64,000 nt of DNA, taken from positions 3,906,001 through 3,970,000 of the forward strand of contig CM022667.1 of assembly GCA_012295275.1 (NCBI GenBank). Direction: 5' to 3'. The translations under genes were made by a program, and so were the position numbers. The notes under the pieces are model-generated. The model did not search any database, was not told where the DNA came from, and worked only from the letters and a program-made list of their open reading frames with translations. Within the stretch, counting starts at the first letter, position 1; each line of letters opens with the position of its first letter. Shown piece by piece: positions 43,051 through 58,610 of the stretch. Origin of the DNA: Chrysomallon squamiferum. Its lineage: Eukaryota; Animalia; Mollusca.

Positions 43051-46000
43051 GCGATTTCTTGTCATAAAATGTGGACAGGTACAACAACAACAAAAAAAGT
43101 CACGAATCAAATATAAAATGCGGATCATAGCAAAGTGACGTGACAAATTTGATTTGGTATGATGATTTCTTTCTTTCTTTCTTTTAAATTTATTTATTTT
43201 TTATTTTATAAATGGCAAAATAAAAATGAATCAAATTAATATTAAAGATATTTGAAAATTAGTTAATTATGATAATTAAAAAAGTTCCCTGAAATTCATA
43301 TAATAATAATAATAATAATAAAATAAATAAAATAATAATAATTAAATACACAAAAATTTGTATGAAATAATTTGCCACGTCACTTTGAATAAAATATTTA
43401 CAATCATCAATTCTAAATAAATGTCATATTGCACATTAAAAGAAAAAACAAGTATTTTTGCAAAAAAAAAAAAAAAGGTAAACAATTATTTTAAAATATA
43501 AATAAAAGTAAGCATGCATCAAACATTAATGTCTTTCTCTCTGTTCAGACCTATCTACAAAATTGGTTAAAATAAACATTTAAAACATTTTCTGACAACT
43601 AATATACATACATTACTAAAATATACAAAGAAGAAAATAAGAGAAAACATCTATGTACATCTAGAGATTGCAGACTAATAACATTAGTATTAGTTGTTAG
43701 AAAACTAGTGTGCAAAATTTCATCTTTATTTCTTTAAAAAAAACCCCACTATATTATTTATATGTTGTAACATTTGCCAGATTAACCCTCTGTAGCTTTT
43801 TCTTGCTAAGTAGATCATAGTCCTTTCAGAATTTAATCATTTATTTTTATTTGCTTCTGCCTTATTTCTGAAGAAATTGTTACATACAAATTAACCATTG
43901 ATTCAGTCTTCTAGGACTCACAAAGATTGAGGATAACAGAATGTGACAGATGTATATCTTTACAATTTAAAACATCTTGATCTAAACTGTGACTCCCATA
44001 ATAAAGTTATTCATTTATTATTGAAGAAGAAGAAAAGCTATTTATTAAATTACTTAGGTTAAAATACCTAAACCTTACAATTTATACAGTTTTATAAAGT
44101 GGGTTACTGTAGTTCTTATGAAAGACCAAATTCTGCACACCATTAACTAATACAATAATTATCTAAATACATCCTGTCATAACAGATCTTTCAGATTTGT
44201 AAAGGTGCATTTATATGGATCAACATAAAGTTAATATAATTTTATGATTGTAAAATTAATTTCTGTAACTGGAATGTTTGATGATATGAGAAATTATAAT
44301 ATTATAATAATATTTTAAAATAATGTTTGATAAAGGAATGGTTTATTACAATAAAACGATATTGATATGGGTACGTTAGTTTTTAAATGGATACAGGAAC
44401 AGGGATCATTTCAAAAATTGCAAGTTACTTCATATAAAGGCACCTTTATCGTAGTATAGATATATATTTATCATGTAAACATTGTAAAAGGTATTAATTA
44501 ACTGCTACAAAATGTAGACTTCAACATATGTATATATATTTATATATATATATAACAAATATAGATATAAACTAATATATATTACAATCATACTTTATCA
44601 GACATTTTATCTTTCATTCATTCAAGTAATCCTTAGTATGGAAGATTGGAATGCTAAAACTGAAGGCACATGATAAAGGCAAATATTTAAAATTTCTTGC
44701 ATAAATAAATATTTATAATAACATATTCATGTAAAGTTAGAGACAAAGGGCATGCCTTTAGTCAACATCAAACTAGAGAAAGAACCTTTCCACAAACTAC
44801 TCAACAGCAGAATTTAGAAAAACTTAAAATACACTCTGCACTTTTTTTCATTTAGTCATTTTGTTGTTGGTGTTTATCTATAAAATTATTATCTGGTACG
44901 TAGTTCTAACCCTAGATTCTAGCAAATGTAAACTCAAGATGTCACAAAGTTACACAATACAATTATTAAAATCAATACACCATTTTCATAGTTTTTAAAA
45001 GACATTTATGTTATTTATGTACATTAAACTTAAATAAATAAAATTTAGTAACTGTATGCCAACATAAAGGAGTAAGATTTCAAACATTCCTAATTTGGTT
45101 TAACTGTAGTTTGTTATATTAAAACAGCTCATGATAATGAAATTTGATAGTTACAGTATTTTTGATAATTTGTAGTATCGATATTAGCTAGCTCACAGAA
45201 ACAATATTCAAAAATTAATATTAAAATAATCTGCTATTTTCAGTATTATCAACAGTACCAAATAAATAAATATTAGTTAACAATATCTTCATTGAAAAGT
45301 TTTCAGTATTAAAATCCATATTCAGTAATTAGCAATATTTGTGACTGATAGTTCAGATTATCGATATACTGTGTAACAGTATTCTGAACTTTGCATTACA
45401 AATGCTTATTTAAAAAAAAAAATAACAATAGCTACAATCACATAATATAAAAACTGAAGTATTGGTAGTCTGTGAAGTTGTGCAACTTCTGAAGTTTAAT
45501 GTTTTACCCTGACTGAAGTTTTTGACTAGATTTGTTTTATTTTAAGAGTTTCCCATAACTGAAGCCCATAAATGCAGACTAGCAGATATTTGCTTCTGTA
45601 CTATTATAACACATTGGCATGTTAAAACAATAGGCATCATAAATATCTATACATTTCAATGTATAACGAACTATAATACACTAAACGTGACTATTTACAG
45701 TTGATAAACTTGGTAGTAATAGGCAGTTCTTTGCATAAAACAAGGAACTATTCTATCTGATTATAAATTCTGTATGAAGAGAAATAAAAATACATTATAT
45801 TTCACAACCTGTGTTTTATATATATATACCATAAAATACAGTATGTATCTAACATTTAGTAAATTCTTATTAATATAAATAAAAAAAAAACACCTCAAAA
45901 TATAACGTTTGCATTAGGTTGTTAAAAAATTGGAAGGCTTTCTGAATAGCAGCAGTTAATTTTTTTTTATCTGAGAATAATAATAATAATAATAATAGAT

Positions 46001-46197
46001 ATTTTATTTATATTTTTTCATTGAAAATATATTAAAATGAAACTTATTTATCCATATATTTTTTGGCAAATAACTGTTAAAATGCAGCTAATACATGTTA
46101 TTGCTAAAATATTGCTTTTGGCTAATGAAAGAATAAATAAAAAAATAATAAAAAAGGATGAATACAGCTGTGCGTAGATTAGATAAACTAAAAGAAA

Positions 46198-46229
<32 letters not shown>

Positions 46230-46835
46230 CAAAATAGAAATAAATATAAAAAAATAATAATGATAATTACAAAAGTAAACAAATAAATTTATAAATAAAT
46301 AAATAAATAAATAGAATTGTTTGATTAATATTTTCTTTTAAAATAAATGCACACTTGTAGTTTAATACAGTATATATGGTAGCACTTGTCAAAATGTTTT
46401 TCTTTATGACACAAATAATTATTCATATTCACAAGGCACTTTAAAAATGAAATATCTAGTGAAAAATTATATATATATAAAATATGGCCCCCCCCCCAAA
46501 AAAAAACCCCAAGACAAACAAAACAATAAAGTTCAAAAATAAATTACCCATAGTTGAGCACAAAATAACAATATTTAAAAAATTAAAAGGTTATTGCATT
46601 TTTTTGGAATGTGGTAAAAGTGGTAAAAAAAAAAAAAGAAACAGATTGTGGTTATTCAAGTGAAACAAAGAGTTTGTCTTAAAAACGTGATTAGCTCCCT
46701 TTGTCATAAAAGAGATCACGAAAATGTGGAGATTCATGAAGTGCAGAATTACCACAGTTTATGATAAATAAAAAATAAAATAATAATAATAATTAATAAT
46801 TAACAGGTTCATTGTCATTATTTTTTAAAGCATAG

Positions 46836-46880
<45 letters not shown>

Positions 46881-46985
46881 TTATCATGAAGGTTTGACAA
46901 AAGTGAGAGGTTTTATGGTAATAAAGACGTCACCAGTAATTACATTAAAACGTTGTCATGGTAACAGTGGAATGGCTTGAGCAGC

Positions 46986-47160
46986 TCAAGAAGCCATGAA
47001 CAGTTCTATAAATCTGTTGCCAAGGTGACGACGGTTGCGTTCCAGTATTGCACGTTCAGCTTCAGCACGTGATGAGAATGTTATCAGGGCATCGCCAGTT
47101 GGTTTGCCGTCAGACCCAGTCTGTAAGTGTACCGTGTCTGGGGTTACCTGCAACAGAAAA

Positions 47161-47196
<36 letters not shown>

Positions 47197-47854
47197 AATA
47201 ATAGTAGTAATAAATAGATTTATAGTAAAAATAATACACGTTATTATTAGTATTAATGTTTTATAAGATCAAATTAAAAAATGATGGGATAAATGTTCAT
47301 AAGATGGTAAAGCAGTATAAATAGAATTTTTTTTTTTTTTTTACTCTGGATATATTATCATTTAAATTAAAAAGATTAATACCAAGTCACTGACACATAA
47401 GTTATTTTAATCAAAATAATTATATTTCATTTATGAAAACTGAATATTTGGATGTAAGCATAAAAAAAAAGAAACAGTTTAAAAAGAAGCCAACGTAAAA
47501 AGAAGAGATAAAAATAAGAAGTGAAAATGTTTCTCATGAGAGGTCTTCCAAGAAACAAAACAAACTAAGAAAATGTAACCCAAAACAAACTAAGAAAATG
47601 TAACCCAACCCAAACTTAAATTGAAAGCAGTTTCATGAAAACTTAATAAAATGGAGTTCCTAGGTCTGGATTTTTGCTGCAGAAACGTAAAACAAAAGCG
47701 AATGAAAAGAAATTTGGCATTTTGAGGTGGGAAATAAGAGGAATGGGAAGGAATATAATAAATAAACAAAATAAACAAAATAGACAAAATGAATAAAAAA
47801 AAAAAAAAAAAGTTACATAAATAATTAAAAATTATACAAAATAATAATAGAGAG

Positions 47855-47892
<38 letters not shown>

Positions 47893-50614
47893 GGAACTGA
47901 TAGGAAAGCCATTTCCATAAAATAAAATAAAGATAAAAATAAATAAAGAATAACAACGAAAAATAAGAAATTAAATTTTAGCAAGATTTTCTTTTTTCGT
48001 TTCAAAAACAAAACGGAAGCCATTTCCATGCGGGCAGACGACCAAGTAGCAGACAGAACTGGATGCAGCGGCAGACGAACTGCGCGGAGTGACGTAGGTT
48101 TAGAATGACGTCAAATACCTCTGAAAAACCTTGGAAGTAATTCATTATATCTTGTACAGTTACGTTAATAGGAAGACCTCTCATAACGATCACGGACGGA
48201 CCCGTGTGGGGTATGTAGCTCTGGGGGGAAACTGGAGGACTTGGGTACCAGTAGAGAATTGGCGGATAGAACGAGGCTGGACGCTGCGGAATCTGGGTCA
48301 GAGTTGGCGGGAAACCGGCTGGTATCTGCTGCGGCAGCTGAGCAAATGGAAGACCTCCGATAGTTGGCGAGGGCAGAATTGTTGTTGAAACTGAAATAAA
48401 TATAATGATAATAACACGACAGGACAAAACAAATAAAAGCAACAAATAACTCACCGAAAATAAAAGAAAAAAGAAAAAGAACATAAAAAACAACAACAAC
48501 AACAACAAAGCTAAAACAATAATAATCACAACAACATATTAACATGATTGTTAGATGCTTTATATGATGTATTTATTATATATTTCATGAAAAGAACGTA
48601 GTAACTATAAATCAAACTTTTTCCACTCAATCTTTATCAGAATGTTTTAACAAACTGTAACATTACTAAGAATCGAACTCTGTGAAGCTCAGAATCATGT
48701 CCAAACTAACAAAAGAAACTTTTAAATTAACAAAATGTGTTATTTTAAAAATCTCTCAAACACGTGACATAATATATAAAAATATTAGTGAGGGTTTCAG
48801 TGATAAATATAGACAAAAATTAGTTAGCATGCAGACTACACTCGTGTATTCTCTACAGTTTGCTGTGACCTGTTATCAGTAACAGAATGCAATTCGTCTA
48901 TATGTCTACGATACATCAAACTACAGAACGAGTTACATCTAATTCGAAACTGTAACAAATATTTTAAACAAAACGGACTGTTTTTATTTTCAGCTTCTCC
49001 GCTGCTGTTCTGCTTGTGCTACACTACTGTGTCAGCTGGTTTAAAAATACACAACTGATTAATGAATGGTTAATGAAAACAGGTGCTATGACTTGAATGC
49101 AAGAATGACTGAATCCATTTCAAATGTTGCACTAACTAGCACATCTCTATCTGTTTATAAATTATAATGATTTGTTGGGTTTTTTTTTTAAACACACATA
49201 TTGATTATTTATATTAAACAAAAAAAAAATATATAAAAAGGGACAACAACAACAAAACAAATGTTTGCTTATTGTACCTTTCTTTGTAACAGGTCACATT
49301 TCTGTCTGTACACGAACACACGTGTATCGTTTTTAATGAAATTTAGCTGAGTATGTTTTGTACAACTTGCCTTTCATTCCTGTTATTGTTTGGTCAATCA
49401 TAGAAAACTGTGGGATCTGACGAACTGGGAAATCAGTCAGACCTACTATACAAGACAAAATATTTAAAAAGTTTAAACACCTATTGACTCATTTCAGAGT
49501 GAAGCCAGGAAAAAAAAAAAAAAAAAAAAAAAAGAAAAAAAGAAAATAAAGAACTAGTCTTCTGTTTAAGTAATAACTATGATAATAATAAATATAAAAT
49601 AATAATAAAATAAAATAAAATAAAAAAATAAATAATAATAAAAAAATAATAAAGTCGCGAAAATGAACAGAATAAACATATAAAATCATTTTTATTAATT
49701 TTTAAATTTTTAAAATTTATTTATACTAAGCTATAATAAATTTACAGTACTTAAAATTAATATATATTAATTCATTTAAGTCTTATGGGTGGAGAAATGG
49801 AAAACTGTAATAATTACAATTATAAACAAGACCACTGTTTAATGTTACTGGGTCGTAATTTTGTTTTAACAGGAGTAACCCTTTCTCTCTCGACAGATGA
49901 ATAATTTTAAAAAGCACTATTAAATAGATTAAACTGCTGCTAAGAATAATAATAATAAAATTACAACAAAAATAAATACAAATTGTTTATAAAAATATAT
50001 ATAATAAAAATTATTAGTAAGACATGCAGTGATTGGCTGATTAATCAAAGGCGTTGATTGGTTGCTGTAGTGCTTTGTGTTAAATGCAAGCAATATAAAT
50101 CATTTACCAGGTGTTAAAATCGGCCTCTGTATGGTAGGGGTAGGGCCAGGCTGGGGAAGGGCTGTAACTGGCATCCCGCTCGTCAGAACGAGGCTCATAT
50201 CATCTCCCGAGCACTGGATAACATCGATTATTCGTTTTTTATTGGCAAACACCATCTGCCGGCGATGCCTGTTCAGGGCCGTGAGCGTTGACGATTCTTC
50301 TGTGTCCATCTGAATAAATGCCTCGCCGGATGGTTCCCCCTGTTTGAATATGACGTTAATAGTGTTACATCTAGACTGAGATGAAAATGGAAATAGTAAT
50401 TTCGAATGACACGAGTTTTACAAAAGTGCTAGAATATTATCATCTATGGTTTTCTTTATTTCTTTAATTTGTTATTTATTTATTTATTTATTTACTTAAT
50501 TTGCAATTTATTTATTTATTTACTTATTTATTTATTTAAATTTGAAACAATACAAATTTATTAGTATTTTACAAAAAATAATATAAATAAATGTCTGTGT
50601 TATTATTATTATTA

Positions 50615-50673
<59 letters not shown>

Positions 50674-52691
50674 AATTTCTATTCTGAAAATGAACTGATT
50701 TTAGAGTAATTTTCTTTTCAAACAATTTAGCAATTCAACAACACCACCATTTCCAGAATAAAGGATAAAAATATCTACTCCCATTTCCATGACCAGATTT
50801 TTAAAATATTCCAGGTTCCCAAAAAGAAAGGCAAAAATTTAAACAACAATAATAATTAAAAAGTAAAAATTACAGCAATAATAAAACTTTCAAACGAATC
50901 GATGCTTCAAGTATAATTTCAAAATAATATTTTTTTATTATTATTATTATTATTTTTTTCATGTTTTAAATTTGTTTTATAAAATTACTCTATAAATATT
51001 TTGTCTTTGTGTGACGTCAAATTGTACCTGGGCCGTGTAGACCATGTGCACTCCCTGATACACGATGAACTGAGAATATTCGCCTAAGAATGTCAAAATG
51101 TCGGTCACTTGCGCTCCTGCCGGTATGTTACGTAACCGGATGCAGTCCTTACGCGTTCCGCTCGTGATCAGGTTCTGTGGAATTATGGGTACCTGCGCAG
51201 TCTGTTGAGGCAGCGAGGCAATCAACGGAAGTTGTCCATCCGGCTGTTCGGGGTTCCGTGGATCCATGCTGCGATTTAACACCTAGGTTTCAATTAAAAA
51301 AACAACAGAATAAGATGTTTTATCAAACAATCGGTTTGTTTTATTTATTATTATTATTTTTTATATAACTCTTAGAATTAAATATGTATGCAAGTATTCT
51401 TATTCAAAGACACACGTACGAGATGACGTCACAGAGAAAACATAAGACATTCTTACGATCTAGTTATTTTCAAGAAATATTCACAGACAAAATAATAATT
51501 TAGAATAATGTTAACGTTTAACAAATATTTTTGTTCTAACATTCAAACGGAAAATATTTTAACTATCAACATCTAAGCACAGAATGCATTTTTAAAATTG
51601 ATTATTATGGTGTTAAAACAATATTTAAAAAAAAGAAAGAAAAAAAAAAAGCTAAATTGTTTTTGTAGTTATATAAAATTAGATCTGTAAAAACAAAGGA
51701 ACCAGCAGAAAAACAAACTTAATATTTAGTATACAACTTAATTTAAAGAATTCTGGCTAAAATTTATCGCATGAACGTTCGTTATATTTTATACAATAAT
51801 CTTTTTTTTTCTTCTTTTTAAATTTTTTTTTAAATTTTAAATACATTCTTCGTAAACGTACTTGTATATTTAAAGTTATAACAAAACGTAACCTAAAATT
51901 ATCAGCATAACAAAATAATAATAATAGTAAAAAGTAAAAAAATAAATAAATAAAAATAAAATAAAATAAATAAATAAATAAAAATAAAATAAAATAAATA
52001 AATAATAAAATAAAATAAAATAAAGTAAAATAAAGAGAAACATCTTAAAAATAATCTTCGGTTACTTTTGAAATAAAGACAAGAAATATTTTGCTAACAT
52101 TGATATATATATTTTTCATTACAGTAACAAATATATTACTCTATGCTAATTTAGATTATTATGCTAGAATTATTAGTTTTTTGTTGTGAGAATGAATGTC
52201 ATATACAGGCCAAAATAAAGTTAAGTTACTTTTTATATATATATATAACACAATGTAAAACACAAAGCAAAATAACAAAAATAAAACAAAAATAAAATAA
52301 ATCAATCAAATTTAAATAATAATAATAATAACAGAAACTAAAAAGATAAAGAAATACTAAAAGAAACAAAATACTTAAAAAAAGTCTCTGAAATGAGAAT
52401 ATCAAGATGCTGAAGAGAAACTGAAACAAAATTATATTTAAATATAAAGGAAAGAACAGTTGAAAAATAATACTTAAATCAGTAAAAAAATAAAACTGGT
52501 TTACATTCTTCATTTCTTATAATATTAATTAGCTCCCCATATTTGTTTTAAATAAGGGCAATAACTGCAGAGTATTAATCGTTTCTATGGTTATTTCCCT
52601 TGGGCATTTCAATTCGGAACAACCTGATTACAGATGGCAAAATTTTAAAAATTAGTTTATTTATTTATTTATTTATTAATTATTATTATTA

Positions 52692-52742
<51 letters not shown>

Positions 52743-52974
52743 TATTATTATATGCTTTACGTTCACAGATATTTCCGCCTACAGAAAGGAATTTCAAATA
52801 GTTTCATAATTTTGAACAATATTTGTTACAATTAATGTTTGTTTTATAACCGTGTGACAGATGTTTTAGACCACTTTGATCTTTACAGAAAAATATTTAT
52901 TTTTTAAAAAACTGTAAATATAAAAGAATAAAACAAATCATTAGCTGAAAATCGTTAAAAAAAATAGTAATTTA

Positions 52975-53010
<36 letters not shown>

Positions 53011-53544
53011 TAAAAAGACCTTTATAAAACAATGAGTTGTAAATCTATTAATATTTTGTGTTGACTGTACGAGAAAGGAAACCCGTTGTCGTTAATTTAC
53101 GATAATTTGCTTTTATCAAATAGCAGCAAATGTTCTTTTAGGTGAACGTGTCAGTTTGATGTTTGTTACCAGGCGTGGTTACTGGGCATCGTGCATTAAA
53201 TGAAATAACCAAATAATGCACCAGGAAGGTTAAGTCTTGAAATAATAATATTTTTATTATTATTTTATTTTAATTTTTTATTTTTTTATTTTTATTTTTT
53301 TTTTTTTTTTTTGAATGGTATCAATACGATTAACAATTTTCGATCTTGATTCTCGCTGAGAAATTTATGAATAATTTATATATAAAAATATAAAAATGTA
53401 CTTGTTTACCGTGTAATCAGGAATTGAGCTCCTGACTGAAATTTGAATTTTTCTAATTGGACGTTACCCAAAACCAAACAGATGTTAACATCCCTGACCA
53501 CCATTTTACCAGAAGACGAAGATACTACTGTAGCAGATAAAGCA

Positions 53545-53616
<72 letters not shown>

Positions 53617-54973
53617 TCAAAAAGAAAAAAAATGTATCAATGTGATAAAACGTTATTAAATTCTAAGGACAAAAAAATATATATATTTATATTTCGACTA
53701 TAAATAATATATTGAAATAAATTCTAAATCGATTAGTAGTTTCAATTAATTCTCTCACTCATTCAGTTTCTACGTTTTAATTACAAAAACAGCTTATATG
53801 TTGAATTATGACGATAAATAATTTTATCAATTTGTAACAAACTATAAAAAAATTTTTTAAATTTTATCTATTATTATCAAGGCTTTTTATTGATTCAATT
53901 ATATAATGATAAACGACTTGTAAATTTTTGTAAATTTTTTCCTTTTTAAATATATATCTTTCTGCTTGTTATGCTAACATTATGTTGAATATCAGTCACC
54001 CAAGTGAGACGTTATGAATTATACAGAGCCCAAGGTGACCCGTGGTTACATACAAAGACTTAAATTATGAACGTAATCTACTAAGAACATGCTGTGTTAC
54101 TGCTGCTTCCTTTAGTAGAGGCAGAGTTACTGGCATAGGCAGCAGGTATACCTCAATCACGCGCGGTTCTAGGGAGGGATGCACGTGCAGCACATACCAT
54201 GTATTTATCACCGGTCAGCTTAATGAACGCAATAACGGCAGCCGTCTAATTTCATAAACGTAAGTAACGTCCCTGATAATATATGTGCCGGTTATAACAT
54301 TAAATGTATTACTGCGCTAAAGAATGGTTCTTTAAGATAATCATTGTAATATTATCAAGTTCAGAAGCGGGTTAAAAGGGTAGAGAATTCTAAGGTTTTA
54401 GACTATCGTCTGTTTGCACATTTAAAATTTAAGTCGATCGTGAAATTCAAAATCTTTACACAAAGTTAAACTAAGGAGGCTGGGATTACAATCTATGCTA
54501 TTGTTAAACATTCAGATTCCAGTGTCTGAATCAATGTTAATAATCTGTAATGAATTAAATTCGTTAATCTGTTGAATGCCATTTATCATATAGAGACGTA
54601 TATTATACTTATGAACTACACTGAATTTTATGGCTTGGTTTTGAAAATCCTTGATATTTAAAACCAAATATATATATATATAAACATATTTTTAACGATA
54701 ATTATCTCTGTAAATCGGTCCAAAATATCGCGATGAAACGAATTTAATATTGTCACAGGTTTTAACTGATAGAGGCATGATAAGAATATGTCGAAAACAA
54801 TTTTTAAAAAAAACGAACAAAATTAAATCGACTTAAAACTGAACGAGATCCTAGTGAAAAATAAAACGACCTTATATCAATCTGATGAGGCTATATTAAA
54901 TTTCGCTCGATTTTTCTACGCCATTCAGAATACAGGCAACGAGATTGGGTTCTCGTTGACAATACTGCCGGTG

Positions 54974-55009
<36 letters not shown>

Positions 55010-55517
55010 TATGCAACAGAACGAAATGGCGACCTTGCTAGGCGGAACGATTGAGGTTTACCCACTGCCGTGGTTGCCTATTAGTAGAGTCAGTCAAACT
55101 ACCTGTTGCACCTCTGCCGTCGTACTCTTAAACAGCTCGATATAGCGAGCGCCCATTGTGTCCCTGTGTTTTTTCAGCGCCTTGTTCGCCTCTTCCTCGG
55201 ACGCGAATAGGACAAAGGCGTCGCCCGTCGACCTGCCGTCGGGGTAGTGGACGAAGAGGGTCCCGTCCTCGCCATCTAGAACTTCGCAGGAATTGGGTTC
55301 TCTTGCAAAGAATTCTAGCTGTAAGCGCAAACACATAGAATAGCATTGGCTATTAAATCACACAGACTTCACACCAACATGCAGCCGGCCCAATAACTAT
55401 ATGGTGAAAAAATATTATATATATATATATATATATTTTTGTATATATGTATATTAAAAAAAGAGAAAAAAAATTGTATTATAAACCAGTAAATTGGAAA
55501 AGACCAGGCTGGAAGAC

Positions 55518-55550
<33 letters not shown>

Positions 55551-56525
55551 TGAACTGAGAAATAGCCAGCAACCGCCCTGCACCTTCCAAAAACCTGCAA
55601 TTTGATTGGACCGTTAAAACCCTGGATGCGACCAACCAAACACAAGTTACCACTCTCCACATCCGAGTTACTAGCCTGCCTGTCGCCATAAACTTACCTG
55701 GTGAAAATAGTCTACATGACATGAGACTACACCATGATTCTTATATAACAGTGTTGCTGAAAGTCAGAACAGATATTAAACAAGAGTTGAATTTCCAATG
55801 TGCCTCTAATTGGCCCGTAATAAGAAATAAATAGTTTGCCAAATGATCTTTAAAAAAATAAATAAATAAATAAATAAAAAAATTTTGAACGCAATTTTAT
55901 GGATTATTATTTTTAATTAATTACATTTCATTATTATTAGTAGTAGTATTTTTCTTTATTTTTCTAAATATTAAACTTTTATTTTTTTTTTTTTTTTTTC
56001 CTTCGTTTCCTGATTTTCTTTCACTGTCTTTCTTTTATGTTGCTACGTTTTCAGTATTTTTTTTTTTTTTAAACTTGGCTTTGCTACATTAATAGTTCAC
56101 TTGTTTCCAGGACCGAAGAGTACAAAGAGGGGGGATAATTAATACAACGATATGTTAATCTAATCTAATTCCAGAGTCAATATAATATTTCTACCTACTC
56201 TGTAAATTATATAATTTTATTTAAGTGAGTAAACAAACTGTGGTTTTTAACGAAGAAACTGTTAATACTTTTATCTAATTACAACAGCCCACAATTTAAA
56301 ACGGATTTTTTTTTTTTTTTAATTTCAGTTCGCAACAATACTAACCACTTGTTGTGATGTGGCTGTGAAAGGAAGTCCACGCATGCGTATAATGACTTGG
56401 CCGCCACGAGACAGAAATGCTTGAGCTTCAGAGTTACTTCCTGTAAAATAATAAACAATGAACTTTACTGACTCAGTAATACGAATATATTTTCTGGAAT
56501 ACAACCTGTCCAAAAAAAAAAAAAA

Positions 56526-56556
<31 letters not shown>

Positions 56557-57558
56557 TAATAATAAAAATAAAAATAAAAATAAATAATAATATAAAAAAT
56601 AAACACACACAAACAACAACAACAACAATAATAATTAAATTTTTAGATAACAGCGAATAAAAATGAATTTACCTCCAGCAACATTTATGAAGTCTTTGCC
56701 GGTCGCCTTGTAAACCTCGATGTACCTTTGACCTATGTGATGTTTGTGACGTCGAAGGGCAAGGTCGCGATGCTCTACGGACTCGAACCTTACGAGGGCC
56801 TCTCCATTCCTTCGTCCTTGAGGACTCAGACACAAGGCAACGCCGCCTCTGAAGAAATAAAAAAAATAAAACGTTTAGCTTCGTGTAACCATGGATACTG
56901 TCATAAAATTAAATACGGCGCTAGCTGATCATTGAGAATGTAACTGAGTGTGTGTAAAAGGAAATATATATATCTACTTAATTTGATACGTGTACATTTT
57001 ATACGTACTAACTGTTATAAAAAAAAAAATTAAAAAAAAATAATTAAATAATAATAAAACTTACTTCGCGATATTGAGTCCTTTGAAAAACCTCGCTATG
57101 TCTTGGTCGGACGATTGCCATGGTAACCCACGTGACCTAACTACTGAATTGTCGTCAACGTATTCATTTTTACTGCTGCAATAGACAATAAAATATCATC
57201 ATCACCACAGTGCACCTGGTAACCGAGGTTCTTTAAACGATGCAGTACAACACTGGTTTTAGTACTCAACTAACAATTACATTAAAGGCAGAAACCATGG
57301 TAACAGCTGTTCATTTTTCCACCACCGTGTCAATATCCTACGGAGAAATCTGGAATCTAATTATTATGCAACTTTGATAGTCATCAGTTTTACATCAGCT
57401 TCAGCCGAATTAAAATATTTATCCACACAGACACACAGAGAGACAGACACACAGACAGACAGACACACACACACACCCAGAAACACACACACACACACAC
57501 ACAAAATCAACAATAACAAAACAAAAAAAAGAAACAAATATAAACATAAACATAAACA

Positions 57559-57590
<32 letters not shown>

Positions 57591-58572
57591 CTAATAATAA
57601 TACTAATAAAATATGCAGAAAATTAATTAAAATATTTTTAAAATTTAAAATTTTGTCAGTTCATTTTCGTAAATTTTCAAGCATATTACCTAGCCGTTTA
57701 AAAATTCAGAAACGGTTGTTAACAATGTTAATAAAGAAACTAATAATAACTTTAAAATGATTCATTAATAATGAAAATAAGCGAAGAAAATGTTTGGAAA
57801 CAGCTTAAACATTAATAAAAGTTTTGATGAAAACATCAGTCAGTTCGCTTTGAATGTAGCTTAAAAATTAATAAATAATACTTCAATAAAATCTTAATTC
57901 CTAGGAAACTGAAAATTGAACCATTAATCACATTCGTCTTGTTCGAGCACAATTTATTGTTTTCATTAATTTGAAAAATATTTTAATTAAAACTGGGTTT
58001 ATCAGTTTTCAAAACAGTTATTTCGGTATGGATTTTTTGCAGTATTACCATTTAACAGGCGAAACTAACGCACCAACAACGCGATCTGTGTCAACTTCCG
58101 GTCGATAAAGTTCCCGGATGCAATGTAATAACGAGATTCATACGAGCCGGAATAGTGAGGTGCAACAGGTGTGCCAGGTCGGTTATTGATTAACAAGAAA
58201 TAGTTTTAATAAATCTTCTTTTCCCCGATATTTAAGTTAGATATCAGGATACGAAACAGCGGCTGAATTATTGACTACAATACTGTTTAACATAATAAAA
58301 ATACAAAAACAGCATCGCCCACTCATTCAGTTTATTTTTCGTAAATATATATTTTTTTTTGTTCTTTTTCTAAAAATGGTTTATGATTGATAATTATTTT
58401 AAATTAAAAAATTAATTTTTCACGTAACTGTTAACGAGGAAATTTTAAAAAAGAAATGTTTAATTGTTTGTTGTTGTTTTTTTTTTTTTTTTTTTTTTTT
58501 TTCTTAATATGTAACTAATATGGGGCGTACATATTTCATTATTCTAAAGAGAGCTTTACAAACAGCTTAGTT

Positions 58573-58610
<38 letters not shown>

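Noticed and set aside
57213-58175. CAGGTG/CACCTG E-boxes as Snail/ZEB sites in ESRP introns
   Set aside because: Only isolated 6-mers; not distinguishable from background.
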